A stretch of DNA of 64,000 nucleotides. Source: Felis catus (Eukaryota). The stretch spans positions 129,518,001-129,582,000 of the forward strand of contig NC_058374.1 in NCBI RefSeq assembly GCF_018350175.1. Reading direction: 5' to 3'. The position numbers and the translations under genes were made by a program. Position 1 is the stretch's first letter. Each line of letters opens with the position of its first letter. Shown here in pieces: positions 14,319 to 26,398 of the stretch. The notes below the pieces were generated by a model. That model did not search any database. It saw only the letters and a program-made list of their open reading frames with translations, and was not told where the DNA came from.

Positions 14319-14664
14319 GGGGCACCTGGGTGGCTCAGTTGGTTGAGCATTCAACTTTGGCTCAGGTCATGATCTCACAGGTCATGGGTTCGAGTCCCCC
14401 ATCAGGCTCTATGCTGACAGCCTGGAGCCTGCTTTGGATTCCGTGTCTCCCTCTCTCTCTGCCCCTCCCCTGCTCATGCTCTGTCTCTGTCTGTCTGTCT
14501 CTCTCTCTCTCTCTCAATAAATAAATAAACATTAAAAAGAAATTTAAAAGTTAGAGTTGTCCAGGGTGCCTGAGTGGCTCAGTCTGTTAAGCATCTGAGT
14601 CGGGCTAAGGTCATGATCTGATGGTTCGTGAGCTCGAGTTTTGCATCGGGTGAGCAAGAGCCCC
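14319..14664 (+). mobile_element. Two tandem CAN-SINEs (second cut by an N run)
   Basis: Heads near 14319 and 14563, each preceded by TTAAAAGTTARAGTTGYCCAGGG. Confidence 0.9.
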
Positions 14665-14969
14665 NNNNNNNNNNNNNNNNNNNNNNNNNNNNNNNNNNNN
14701 NNNNNNNNNNNNNNNNNNNNNNNNNNNNNNNNNNNNNNNNNNNNNNNNNNNNNNNNNNNNNNNNNNNNNNNNNNNNNNNNNNNNNNNNNNNNNGCCACCT
14801 CATAGAATCAGGAGTTCCCCATTCATCCAAAAGTTAATAATTATTAAATAAATATCAGGCACCCACCGTTGCAGGTGTTGGGTCACTACAGTGAACAACA
14901 TAGAAAAGTAAGCATCTCTTTGAGACAATATGCTGGATAAGCCAAAGTAAAGCGAGGTGATTTCAAAAA

Positions 14970-15182
14970 TATTTTTTTTTTCAACGTTTATTTATTTTTG
15001 GGACAGAGAGAGACAGAGCATGAACGGGGGAGGGGCAGAGAGAGGGAGACACAGAATCGGAAACAGGCTCCAGGTTCTGAGCCATCAGCCCAGAGCCCGA
15101 CGCGGGGCTCGAACTCACGGACCATGAGATCGTGACCTGGCTGAAGTCGGACGCTTAACTGACTGCGCCACCCAGGCGCCCC
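14970..15182 (-). mobile_element. Young SINEC_Fc
   Basis: Diagnostic CAGCCAGGTCACG / CTCTGGGCTGATGG; TSD AAAGCGARGTGATTTCAAAA. Confidence 0.95.
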
Positions 15183-15924
15183 AAAGCGAAGTGATTTCAA
15201 AAGTACTATGGGGGTGGGGTGTGGTCCCCTCAACCTAGACCCCTAGACATTGGACCGGATGACCTCTAAAGTTCCTTCCAAATATAAGATCTGTTTTTCT
15301 TGTCCTGATGATCCTTTCCAAGCTATTGATTTCACGTAGGACAAGTAGCTTCTGTACAGATGATACGAGATGTCCATTATCAAAGAATGTAAACTTAATC
15401 ATATCTCAACAAAGCTGATGATGAAAGGAATGTAAACTTGAGGAAGCAAGATCCATGGGTGTATTATATCCATGTATCCATGGCTGTCATATTCAGAGAG
15501 CTTGGCACATAAGAGAGACTCAATACAAATTTGAATAAATGAGTCATTGAAGTGGATAGTAGGGGACAAAAACGAGAGGGACATTACCACTGGGAGGATG
15601 GGGAAGAGGGCCGCTGTGTATGCGAGGGCCATGAGGAGTACAAAATTAAGGGCAAAGGAGGTTTGAAAAGTCTTTCTATCCCTTTTAATGGCCATTCTCA
15701 TTGTCATTTTCACAAGAGGATTGCAATAAAAAATTAATCACCTTTTCAGTTACTTTTGGATTCTGGACTGATCATTCTTTGCATGAGATTCATATTGGAC
15801 TAAACACAAGGTGGCCTACAGTTTATATACATTATGATTTTTCTAACGTTGTAGGAAACCCTAACATTAGTCTATTGGCAATGGTATTTTCAAGACGCAC
15901 CAGTCTTATCAAGATGATTACTTC

Positions 15925-16343
15925 AGGGACGCGTGGGTGTCTCGGTCAGTTGGGTGTCCCATTCTTGGTTTCAACTCAGGTCATGATCTCATGGTTCGTG
16001 CTTGGTATTCTCTCTCTCCATCTCTGCCCCTCCTCTGTTCTATCTCTCTTTCTGTCTCTCTCTCTCAAAATAAATAAATTTTGGGGGCGCCTGGGTGGCG
16101 CAGTCGGTTAAGCGTCCGACTTCAGCCAGGTCACGATCTCGCGGTCCGTGAGTTCGAGCCCCGTGTCGGGCTCTGGGCTGATGGCTCAGAGCCTGGAGCC
16201 TGTTTCCGATTCTGTGTCTCCCTCTCTCTCTGCCCCTCCCCCGTTCATGCTCTGTCTCTCTCTGTCCCAAAAATAAATAAACGTTGAAAAAAAAATTAAA
16301 AAAAAATAAATAAATAAATAAATAAATTTTTAAAAAATTTTTG
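15925..16343 (+). mobile_element. Older CAN-SINE with a young SINEC_Fc (from 16083) inserted in its A-tail
   Basis: Two heads; outer TSD AAGATGATTAYTT at 15911 and 16344. Confidence 0.92.
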
Positions 16344-16984
16344 AAGATGATTATTTCATAGAATTCACTTGCCATATCGCAAACCTGGGCTGCTAAAAAG
16401 GCCTTCCTGAGGTTCACTGATCTATAGTCAGCTTGTTGTCCAGTCCTGTTAGCTTGTCCAGCTTTCCTTTTTGGGCTTCATTCAGGCCACTGCTGAGGAA
16501 GGAGGCAAGACGCACTGACAGGAAAGGACCAATGAGAAGGTCTGTTGTGCAGTTTTGATTGGTCGGCGACGCGTACGGCATCTTGTAATGCCAAAGGGCC
16601 AATCGCTCTTGCAATGTGGCAAGAGTGGAAGTCTCAGACAGATGTGCATCCAGAGTTAGAACTGCTGCACACACCTGGACACTGACTTCTTCCGTGGGTC
16701 AGTGAGCCACCGTGTTGGGCGACCTCTCCACTGGTGGGCACCCAAACGCCCTTGCCTTCTCATTGCCTCTCCCTGCTGTCACGAGCCATATCCTGCTCCA
16801 TCATTACACTAAATAACTACAGCCTTCAACACTTCCTGTCTCTCTAACATGAAGTATTACCTGAATTAATGCATATAAAAGTTCCCAGAGTTAGGTAAAT
16901 ATTATTGACCAAATATTATCGATCCCAACGTCACACAGCTAGTAAGTAAGAAAACAAGAGATTTCGATCGTATTCCAACAATTC

Positions 16985-17379
16985 TGTTACGGACCGAATG
17001 TTTGTGTCCAAACTCATATGTTGAAGCCTTAACTCCCCAATGTGGAGATGGGGCATTTGGGGAGGTAATTAAGGTTAAATGAGGTCATAAGGGTGGGGCC
17101 CTCATCCAATAGGACTGTGTCCTTATAAGAGGAAGAGACGCGAGAGATCTCTCTCTGTCTCTCTCTCCCTCTGCACTCACACAAAGAAAAGGCCAAACAA
17201 GGACACAAGAGAGGAAGTGGTCATCTACAAGCCAGGAAGACTCTGGTTCTCACCAGAAACCAAATCAGCTGGAACCTTGATCATGGACTTCTAGCTTCCA
17301 GAACTGAGAAAATAAAGGTCTGTTGTTGAAGCCACCAGCCTGTGGTACTTTGTTCTGGAAGCCTGAGCAGACTAATACA
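16985..17379 (+). mobile_element. MLT1A/MST-type MaLR solo LTR
   Basis: TG...CA termini; TGTTACGGACCGAATGTTTGTGTCC...AATAAAGGTCTGTTGTTGAAGCCACC...GACTAATACA. Confidence 0.88.
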
Positions 17380-18531
17380 AACCCCGGTGCCGTCCCCTCA
17401 CTCAGCCCCTCCCCAGCAATATCAAACCTCTGGAGACACATCACTTTGTCCATCCAAACCTTCCAGACCCTCCTTATGTTGGGCCCTGTGCAGATGTCAG
17501 TAACCATGATAGCACCAACCATTTATTAAGCACTTACTACAGTCAGGCACTGTGCTATGCATTTGTCACTTAATCCTCCCATCCACTCTTAGGGAGGCAC
17601 AATTTCTATCCCCATCTCACAGTTGAACAAACTGAGGTTGGGCACCTTGCCCACATTACTGGCAGGACCCAGATTCAAATCTTGGCAGTCTGGCCCCGGA
17701 GCCCTCGACCTTGCCCCCTCTCATAGCAGCTAACACTTGATTGCCTGACCTGTCTGTCCCTGTCTCCCCCAGAAGACTGTGGGCTCTTTGGGCTGGGACC
17801 TGGTTCGATCCGTCTCTGCATCTCTGCATCTCCAAGCCCTGGCACACGGGCCTGGTGCACCTTGGGTCTCACAAAAGCTTGGAGAATGAATGAATGAATG
17901 AATGAATGAATGATTCAACTTCCCACTGGTAGCCACCTGTCAATGATCAGAAAACCTGCAGTCCCCTGGACTGTGGTTATTCACAAGGAATCTCAGTGTG
18001 GGATAATGAAAGTTCCAGCATGTGCCGTCTGTCCACACAGCCTCCCTGTCTCCGTGCATGCACGTCTGAGTGAACAGATAACTCATGCTGAGATTTACTT
18101 AAAAGGCATTTAACTCAGCTCACACGTCTGCCGACCAAGCCTATTACTTGCAGAAATCTATTCCATGCATTACCATTTTGATTTCCAGCACAGAGAGACA
18201 GTGGTGGGCTGGTAGGATTTTTTTTTCCCCTCTTGCCAGTTGAGTTACTGTCTGCTTTTGTGGAATAAATTGCTATAAATTGAGTTACCAGCACTCTAAA
18301 ATGGGGAAATATATTCTCGATGCTCTATGGGCAGCTGACAACATTATGGAAATACACAAAGAGTGTGTCCAAGTTTATGTGAATGGTGACGAGCTGTGAT
18401 GGATGGGGGGAGGGTGGCGGGGCAACCGGGTGGCCTCAGGCACAGACCCTCCTCGCTGCTTTCCCTCCCTCCCCGGGGAACTGGGGTAGCCTTCCCCAAA
18501 GGCAGCTTTAGAGGTAAAACTCGAGGAAGAT

Positions 18532-18748
18532 GGGGCGCCTGGGTGGCGCAGTCGGTTAAGCGTCCGACTTCAGCCAGGTCACGATCTCGCGGTCCGTGAG
18601 TTCGAGCCCCCCGTCAGGCTCTGGGCTGATGGCTCAGAGCCTGGAGCCTGTTTCCGATTCTGTGTCTCCCTCTCTCTCTGCCCCTCTCCCGTTCATGCTC
18701 TGTCTCTCTCTGTCCCAAAAATAAATAAACGTTGAAAAAAAAAAAAAA
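18532..18748 (+). mobile_element. Young SINEC_Fc
   Basis: Perfect 16-bp TSD AAAACTCGAGGAAGAT at 18516-18531 and 18749-18764; long pure A tail. Confidence 0.96.
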
Positions 18749-18844
18749 AAAACTCGAGGAAGATTAAAGCCGCAAGAATAAACAAGACGGCTGATCACAA
18801 GAACAACCGGCTTGGGAAATACAATAAAACCAGCCAGAAAGGAT

Positions 18845-19297
18845 AGTATTGGGGACACTATTATTGCCCCACCCATATTCCCCCAGGGGCTCTTTCCTGT
18901 CCAAGGCCTACCTCCCAACTTGTCTGGTGCTTTGCTTCTAAAGGCTCCTCCTGCAAACTCTCTTTGGAAGCCTGCGCTTGGGCTACTGGAGAGGCTTTGG
19001 GGCTTTGTGGCCCCCTGGGGGCAACTCTTAGCCAGTGACCATCTGGCGTGAGACTAGAAAGCCCAGCGACCTGGCTGGGAGTGGGGACAGGCTCTGACGT
19101 CTAACACACACTCCAGGGCATCCCACAAAGTCGGGCTGATGCCGGGGCCTCACCTAAAGTCAAGAGTTTTGCCTGGCTTCTTGTCCTTCCCTGTCTTCCT
19201 CGTCCAATTCACTTACAGGTTTTTCCTGGGAGCACCGACCTAACAAAGCATTTGGACACGAATGTTCGTCTCAGGGTCTGCCTCCAGGAAGGACACA
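18845..19297 (+). mobile_element. ERVL LTR16/LTR33-like solo LTR
   Basis: 3' end TCCTGGGAGCAC...GTCTCAGGGTCTGCCTCCAGG typical of the LTR16 group. Confidence 0.6.
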
Positions 19298-20492
19298 GGG
19301 TTTGCAGTCAGGAGGCTTCTACCCACGGAGACGGGCTGTGGGAGCGGGTTGTGGGAAGTCCAGGAGCTGATGGGAACAATAGCATCCAGGGAAATAGGAT
19401 GGGAGCTGAGGACAGGAGGAGGGTCTCGGGAAGATCCTAGCAGTGCCTGGCAGAGAAAGTCAGCTCCCATCTGCCAGGCACGGGTCCAGGAAGCCATATG
19501 ATGCCCTTACCCGGCAAATAAGAACTTTCTTGACCCTTCTTCCTCTTTCCCCTCACATCCCCCTACCCAGGGCTCCACAGCCCCGGAGGAGTCAGAAATA
19601 GCAGCTCTCAGTGGACAAGAGGGGACTATCTCTGTTCCCGAAGCCAGCGCCCTGTCTGCAACTGGCCCCAGCCGGAGAGGGGAGGGAGGTGAATTACCTT
19701 GGAGAGACAGTGTAGTATCGACTAACAGACTGGACTGTATATTCCAATGTCTGAACCAAGGTTCTGTTTTGCAGCTTAAAGTGACCATAGAATTTTCTTT
19801 TCCCTCGGCTGACCAGTAGAGCGGGACCACCTGAGATTCCATCCAGGGCCAGGGAGGAGGCAGCTCTCAAGCGAGCATGAGAGGCACAGGAGGGGACAAT
19901 AATACAGTGGCTTTGAGGACTGTACCTCACAAGTCCTGAATGTTCAACATACAAGTTACACATCTAATAAACGTCTGCCGTTAGTATTACTTACCATTCG
20001 TGTTGCTGTTGGTTTGCTAGATAGAAGGGTTTTTCTAAGCCGCTAGGACAGGTGGGTCATCAGCAGGAGTGCCCCGGTGAGAACGGAAACAGCTGAGTTA
20101 GGAGGCTGCTGCCATAAGAGATGACATAGCAGACACCAGGACTGGCCGCCCAAAGCCATCTGTATCTGCTTTCCCCTTGCTGCCCTCTACTTTGAGGCTG
20201 GAAAGTGGAACACTCGCCCACCCAGACTCCCTTGCAATGAAGGGAAGTCATGTGACACAGTTCTGGCCAATGAGATGCAGACAGGAGTCCCCAATAAAAA
20301 GACAAAGGTTCGCAATTAGGAGCTATGGCCCAGAAGGTGGAAATGATGCTCAGAGAAGCAGCAGCTATCTTGTGACCGTGAGGTCCGAGAACGGCGGAGC
20401 CAGAGTCCCTGCTGACATCGTTGGGCTTCTGTCCCGCTTCTGGACTGTTTGCCTCACACTTCTTCTTGCACGTGAAAAATACACTCATTGAC

Positions 20493-20698
20493 TTTTTTTT
20501 TAAGTTTATTTATTTATTTTGAGAGAGACAACATATGCAGGGGAGGGGCAGAAAGAGAGGGAGAGAGAAAGTCCCAAGCAGGCTCTGCACTGTCAGTGCA
20601 GAGTCCAACGCAGGGCTCGAACTCACAAACCGCGAGATCAGGACCTGAGCTGAAATCGAGAGTCCGACGCTTAATGAACTGAACCACCCAGGCGCCCC
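20493..20698 (-). mobile_element. CAN-SINE inserted in an old MLT1 LTR (from ~20150)
   Basis: Head and tail on the minus strand. Confidence 0.9.
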
Positions 20699-20981
20699 GC
20701 ACTTGTTGCCTTTTGAAGTGACTGCAGCAGAGTTTTCTGGTCCTTGGTCCCAGCTGGTACAGATGAGGAGGGCCTGACCTAAAGAGGCATGGATTGGGGA
20801 AGGGGGGGGGGGGGACAGGGAAGAACGTGGGGACACTAGGAGATAGAACTGACAAGATCTGGTGTCTGGACATGAGAGAAGCAGGGAGTCAGGGATGACG
20901 AGTGTCTTTCCCAAGACAAGTAATAGAGCAGTTGGAACAGATTTTAGCAAAGAAAGGTCAATAACTATCATTTTAGTAAGT

Positions 20982-21342
20982 TGCTATGGACTGAATTGTG
21001 ATCCCCCCCAAATTCGTAGGTTGAACTCCTATGTAATGGCATTTGGAGATGGGACCTTTGGGGGTGATTAGGTTTAGATGAAGTCACAAGGATGGACCCC
21101 CCATGATGGGGTTGGTGACCTTATATGAGGAGGAAGGACACCAGTCTCTCTGGCTGCCATGTGAACAGAGAGAAGGTGGAGGTCTGCAGACCAGGAAGAG
21201 AGGTCTCACCAGGAATCAAATCAGCCAGCGCCTTGATCTTGGACCCGCAGTCTCCAGGACACCGAGCAGACTGAGATAAATATCTGTTCTTTAAGCCACC
21301 CGGTCCTCAGAATTTTGTTCTCACAGCCCAAGCATCCCAACA
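20982..21342 (+). mobile_element. MLT1A-type MaLR solo LTR
   Basis: TGCTATGGACTGAATTGTG...TTTGGAGATGGGACCTTTGGG...TTTAAGCCACCC. Confidence 0.85.
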
Positions 21343-21692
21343 CCTAAGCTCTGTGTATTGTGCTAACGAATGGGCTTTGTCTCCTATTGTCCCCAAATTG
21401 TGCACACACCCACAAAAGGAGGACAATGAGCACCAAACACTCCCATGTCGAAAGAGCGCTGTGACACAGCCACAGAGGGTGTGCCGAGAGAGGACAGAAG
21501 CACCTCGGCTCCCTGGTCATCACCCCTCCTCGAGCCCCCAGCCTCTGTGAGCAGAAGAGATCAAGGAATTAAAGGGAACTCTTTAGATCAGGGGGACCTC
21601 TGAACTAGGGGACAGGGCTGCAACGGGTCCTTTCCAGTGACACCTCCCACCCCAGCCAACTGCAGGAAAGTCTCTTTTGAAGATTAGGTCTC

Positions 21693-22020
21693 TGTCTCAG
21701 TTTGGGTTCCCCCAGAGGGAGACCTTGAGGCAAGGATTCACAGATGAGAAGTTTATTTGAGGGATGACCCCCAGAAACACCAGGATGGGAGTGAAGAGGG
21801 AGAGGAAGGAGGCAGTGAAAAGGGTGTGGTTATTAGGCAAGTGGCCCCACGAGCATCGGGATGATGGTGGGAGCCAGGGAGGAACAGGAGTCCCAAAGCC
21901 TCCCCTGGAAAGGGAAGGGAACCCCCAACACTCATCAGTCATCTGTCGGGGGGCTGCTGCTGGGGGCTGATTCTCTGCACTTCTTGCCACCCCTGCCGAG
22001 GGGCCCATAGAAAGCTCTGG
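21693..22020 (-). mobile_element. ERVL LTR16-like solo LTR fragment
   Basis: TGTCTCAGTTTGGGTTCCCCCAGA...GACCTTGAGGCAAGGATT...AGTTTATTTGAG is the reverse complement of an LTR16 3' end. Confidence 0.7.
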
Positions 22021-22025
22021 AGCAG

Positions 22026-22159
22026 GGGGACCTGGGTGGCTCAGTGGGTTAAGCATCTGGCCCTTGACTTCGGCTCAGGTCATGATCTCAAGGGTTGTGG
22101 GTTTGAGCCCCATATGAGGTTCTACACAGACAGTGTGGAGCCTGCTTGGGGCTCTCTCG

Positions 22160-22194
<35 letters not shown>

Positions 22195-22232
22195 CCCCTC
22201 CCCTGCTCATGTGCGTTGTCTCTCTCTCAAAA
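22026..22232 (+). mobile_element. CAN-SINE (tail runs into an N run)
   Basis: Head plus (CT)n. Confidence 0.9.
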
Positions 22233-23267
22233 NNNNNNNNNNNNNNNNNNNNNNNNNNNNNNNNNNNNNNNNNNNNNNNNNNNNNNNNNNNNNNNNNNNN
22301 NNNNNNNNNNNNNNNNNNNNNNNNNNNNNNNNNNNNNNNNNNNNNNNNNNNNNNNNNNNNNNNNNNNNNNNNNNNNNNNNNNNNNNNNNNNNNNNNNNNN
22401 NNNNNNNNNNNNNNNNNNNNNNNNNGGCAAAGAGAGGCAGGGGCTGCCCCAAAAGGCAGCTAGTGAGCACTTTAGTAGAGCCAGGGAGGACGGGGCACCC
22501 CAGCCTCTGCTCTCGGCCACCTAAAAGGAAGGAATCGGAGTCTGTGCCCATGCCACAGACTTTCCGACTTCCCCTCTAGGTCTAACCGAGGAGGGAGAAG
22601 CAGAATTGGAGAAAGAACGCGGAGGTGCAGGAAGCTGGGAGCCCCACTGGCAGCAATGGGGGTGAGGGTGGTCAGAGGGCAAGACAGTGGCATATCTCCA
22701 GGGGGCCCTCTGAGGAACCTACAGTCAGGCCCCTTTGCTCTCAACCTTCCCCAATCCGCTCCCAGTGCAGGTCCCTGGGACCACAGATCCAGCTGAACTG
22801 GAGAGGGAGGAGAGCACCAAGTGGAAGACAGAACTGACTTGTCAGCCACGAATAACCAAGGAGCTATAGGACCTGCCCGCGGTGTTGTTGGAGGGATGGG
22901 GTGGCATGCACCACGTCCTGGTTGACAAGGTCCGATACATCCATATGACGGCCAGTGACTGCGACCCAGAACCAGGTGCTTCTCCCAGGTGAGCTCATTT
23001 CCTCCTCCCGACAACCTTCCGAGGAAGGTATCACTGTCCCCGTGGCACAGCTGAGGGTCATGGCCTAGAGAAGTAACAGTTTGCTCGGGGTCATGCAGGT
23101 AACATGTGGCAGAGTCTAAACGCAAACCAGGCAAGTCTGTCCACCTTCGAGATGACTTTCAGATGGCCTGTTCACAAATTATGGTCCATCCATGCAATAG
23201 AATACTCCCCAGTAACAAAAAAGAACAAACTACTCCTGTATCAGAAGCTCAAAAACATGCTAAGTGA

Positions 23268-23490
23268 GGGGCACCTGGGTGACTCAGTCAGTTGAGCGTC
23301 CGACTTCAGCTCAGGTCATGATCTCGCAGTCAGTGAGTTCAAGCCCTACATCAGGCTCTGTGCTGACAGCTCAGAGCCTGGAGCCTGCTTCGGATTCTGT
23401 GTCTCCCTCTCTCTCTGTTCCTCCCTCACTCGCACTCTGTCTCTCTCTCTCTCAAAAATAAATAAAGATTAAAACAATTTTTTTTTAATT
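23268..23490 (+). mobile_element. CAN-SINE within an old L1M 3' fragment (~23140-23770)
   Basis: TSD AACATGCTAAGTGA; flanks resemble L1MB/ME 3' UTR. Confidence 0.92.
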
Positions 23491-24817
23491 AACAACATGC
23501 TAAGTGAAAATGAGCCACACACAAAAGATTACATTCTGTAGGATTCCAGTTCTATAAATTCTGTAAAAGGCAAAACACAGTGACAGAAAGCAGGTCAGCA
23601 GTTGCCAGGACCCCAGAGATGAGGGAGGGAAGGGGGCACGAGGAAATGGGGGGGGGGGAGGTGATAGAAATGTTCTGTATCACTATTGTATGCAGTTGTC
23701 CAAACTTGAAATTGCCCGCTTGAAATAGCCAATCGTGTTGCATACGAATTATGCCTCAATAAAGCTGATAAAATGTTTGACGGCCTTGAGTTGAAGGCAG
23801 TGGAATATGAGGTCGGGGGTGGGTCTGGAGCTCGGAGAAAGCACATGGTCCGCAGAGAGATCTGTGAGTCATCAGCATGCCCGTGATAGACACCCAGGGA
23901 GTGGATGAGGTTACCTAGGGAGAGTGTGGAAAGCAAGAAGGGCAGAACCTCAAGATGTAGGGACAAGCTCAGGAAGGACACCACAAAAGAACCATCAGGG
24001 CAGTGGGAGGGAAATCATAAATGGCGTCCAAGAAGTGACCAGAGGGCCATTATGTACGTCCTCGACTTCCCCTCGGCTGCTGCGGCCCTCGCGGCCAGGG
24101 CTGCAGACTGGAAGGAAGAAAAAGCCAATGGGGGCAGCGAGGAGGATCAGGCGGGAAGGGAGCAGAGTCCTCCTGGCGCTTCGCGGATAGAAGAGGAAAG
24201 GTTGGCTGACCCCCTCCCTCTCCCCCTGCCCGCTGTGTTCACCCAGTGTTATCCCCGATTCCTCAGACACGGAAGCCCAGAAACCACACCCCATGAGGAT
24301 TCAAGACCTCCCCCAAAGGAGTTAGCAGGACCAAGGGGGCTCTGGCCATGCGAAGACACGGGCTGGAAGGGAGGGCAGAAATCGAGGGGGGAAATCAAAT
24401 GAAAGGTGGCAGAGCAGAAAAAGAAGAGAGGACGTGGAGAGAATCTAGAATAGGCTGGAAGGAGCCTTCGCGATGACTTCTAGCCCAACACCCCCCACCC
24501 CTTACCTGTAAAACTGAGCAACTGGGACTGTGGAAAGCTGTCTGTGCAGCTCAGGAGGGTCAAGAGGTCCAGGCTCCCAAACCTGAGCTACTAAAGCAGT
24601 TCCATGAACCGGAATACAGATTTAGGAGACCAGAAGCTTACAGAGGGAGCCCTCTTAAGGAAAAAATAATATATTGTGACTGCAGAATTGGGTGCAAAAG
24701 TAGAGGGGGCCTTTGCAGGTGAGAGGCGCCTGAAGCTTCGGCTCTATTAGCTTATATAGCAACTCCTCCCCAGCACAGCAAAGGTCCGGGGGGGAAAGCA
24801 CTTCTAAACTGGGCCAG

Positions 24818-24836
24818 CAGCACCCTCTAGTGGACG
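24818..24836 (-). promoter_or_regulatory. Candidate CTCF site
   Basis: Minus strand CGTCCACTAGAGGGTGCTG closely fits the CTCF core CCASYAGRKGGCRS. Confidence 0.5.
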
Positions 24837-25097
24837 CATGGAGGAAAGTCTCAAGGAGCCCAGAACCTGTCTGACGCGCGCACGGGCACTGCACAAAGTC
24901 AGGCAGGTCAGTTTGGCCATCAGCTTCCTACAGTTCCTCACCAGCCTGTAGCCCCGCCCCCCATCCCAGAGCTGCTTAATCATCCTCAGGGACTCAGAGA
25001 TCAGCGTCTAGACGTCCAGTTACTTGCACCTTCATTTGCAGCGAGTAACTACCCTTCTGAGCTTCTGTTTCTTTTCCCCTAAACAAGATGTATCTAT

Positions 25098-25572
25098 GGG
25101 GCGCCTGGGTGGTTCCGTCGGTTAAGCGGCCGACTTGGGCTCAGGTCATGATCTCACGGTTCGTGAGTTCGAGCCCCGCATCAGGCTCTGTCTGTGCTGA
25201 TAGCTCAGGGCCTGGAGCCTGCTTCAGATTCTGTGTCTCCCTCTCTCTCTGCCCCTCCCCCACTCATGCTCTGTCCTCTCTCTCTCTCTCTCTCAAAAAT
25301 AAATAAACATTACAAACTTTTTTTTAAAAAAGATGACTAGGGGCGCCTGGGTGGTGCAGTCGGTTAAGCGTCCGACTTCAGCCAGGTCACGATCTCACGG
25401 TCCGGGAGTTCGAGCCCCGCGTCAGGCTCTGGGCTGATGGCTCAGAGCCTGGAGCCTGTTTCCGATTCTGTGTCTCCCTCTCTCTCTGCCCCTCCCCCGT
25501 TCATGCTTGTCTCTCTCTGTCCCAAAAATAAATAAAAACGTTGAAAAAATAAAAAAAATAAAATAAAAAAAG
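25098..25572 (+). mobile_element. Tandem CAN-SINEs: SINEC_Fc2-like (25098-~25330) and young SINEC_Fc (25340-25572)
   Basis: Two heads; AAAAAAGATGACT duplicated around the second copy. Confidence 0.94.
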
Positions 25573-26398
25573 ATGACTCACATGTGAGTGCCTTTTTACA
25601 CAAAGGGCATTTTTATATGTAATTTTTTAAGGAAAATGCACTGACATTGGCATATTTTTCTGCCTCTGAATCAACTCTTCTGAAGAAATCGCCTGTACGA
25701 ACTCAAGAAAACCCACCCAAGGCCCATTTACACTGTGCAGGGTAGAGAGGGGGTGTGTCCACCTCACGCACCCCTCTGCAGACCCCAAAAGAGTGAGGGG
25801 GAGTTTATTCATCTCCAGGGTTCCTCCCATCCAGCACTTCCCTGTCTCACAGGCCATCAACAGGTTTTAGACAAAAACAACTACATGAATGGACAGACGC
25901 CTGGAGGGCCCCTACATAATGTGAGATAAATGGGGCTAAGTGAGCATTTTCTTTCTCCCCCCCCCCCCACCCAACTGTATTTTGACATAATTTCAGACTG
26001 AGAAAAAAGTTGCAAGAGCAGCACAAGGAACTCTCATGTGCCCTTCCCTCAAATTCCTGACATGTGCACTTGTAGCATACAGGCTTTTATCCCTCTCTGT
26101 CCCTCTCCCTTGGTAGATGGGTGTCTGTGTTATCTCCGAACCATCTGGAGAAGGTGGCAGGCATGATGTTCCTTCGCCCCCAAACCTTCAGTGTGTGCTT
26201 CCCAGCAAGGATATTCTCTTATATAACCCCAGCCCAATTATCACAATCCGGCAATTAACATAAATGCAATAAAATACTATCATCAGTTGCAGGCACCTTA
26301 TTTAGATGTCACCAGTGGTCCCGATAATGTCACCTGTGCAAAAGAAAATCCAGGATCGTGATATTGCACTCAATCCTTAGGTATTTTTAGTCTCTGTT

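Noticed and set aside
16414-16674. 86-aa minus-strand ORF as a possible pseudogene or transposase relic
   Set aside because: I could not match it to any protein family; GTG start. The region is kept only as a regulatory candidate.
18845-22020. Two LTR16-like elements as the ends of one provirus
   Set aside because: They are in opposite orientations with no gag/pol sequence between them, so they are independent solo LTRs
22472-24402. 220-aa (-) and 165-aa (+) ORFs
   Set aside because: No recognisable homology or splice structure; non-ATG or weak starts; partly overlap MIR/L2-like remnants
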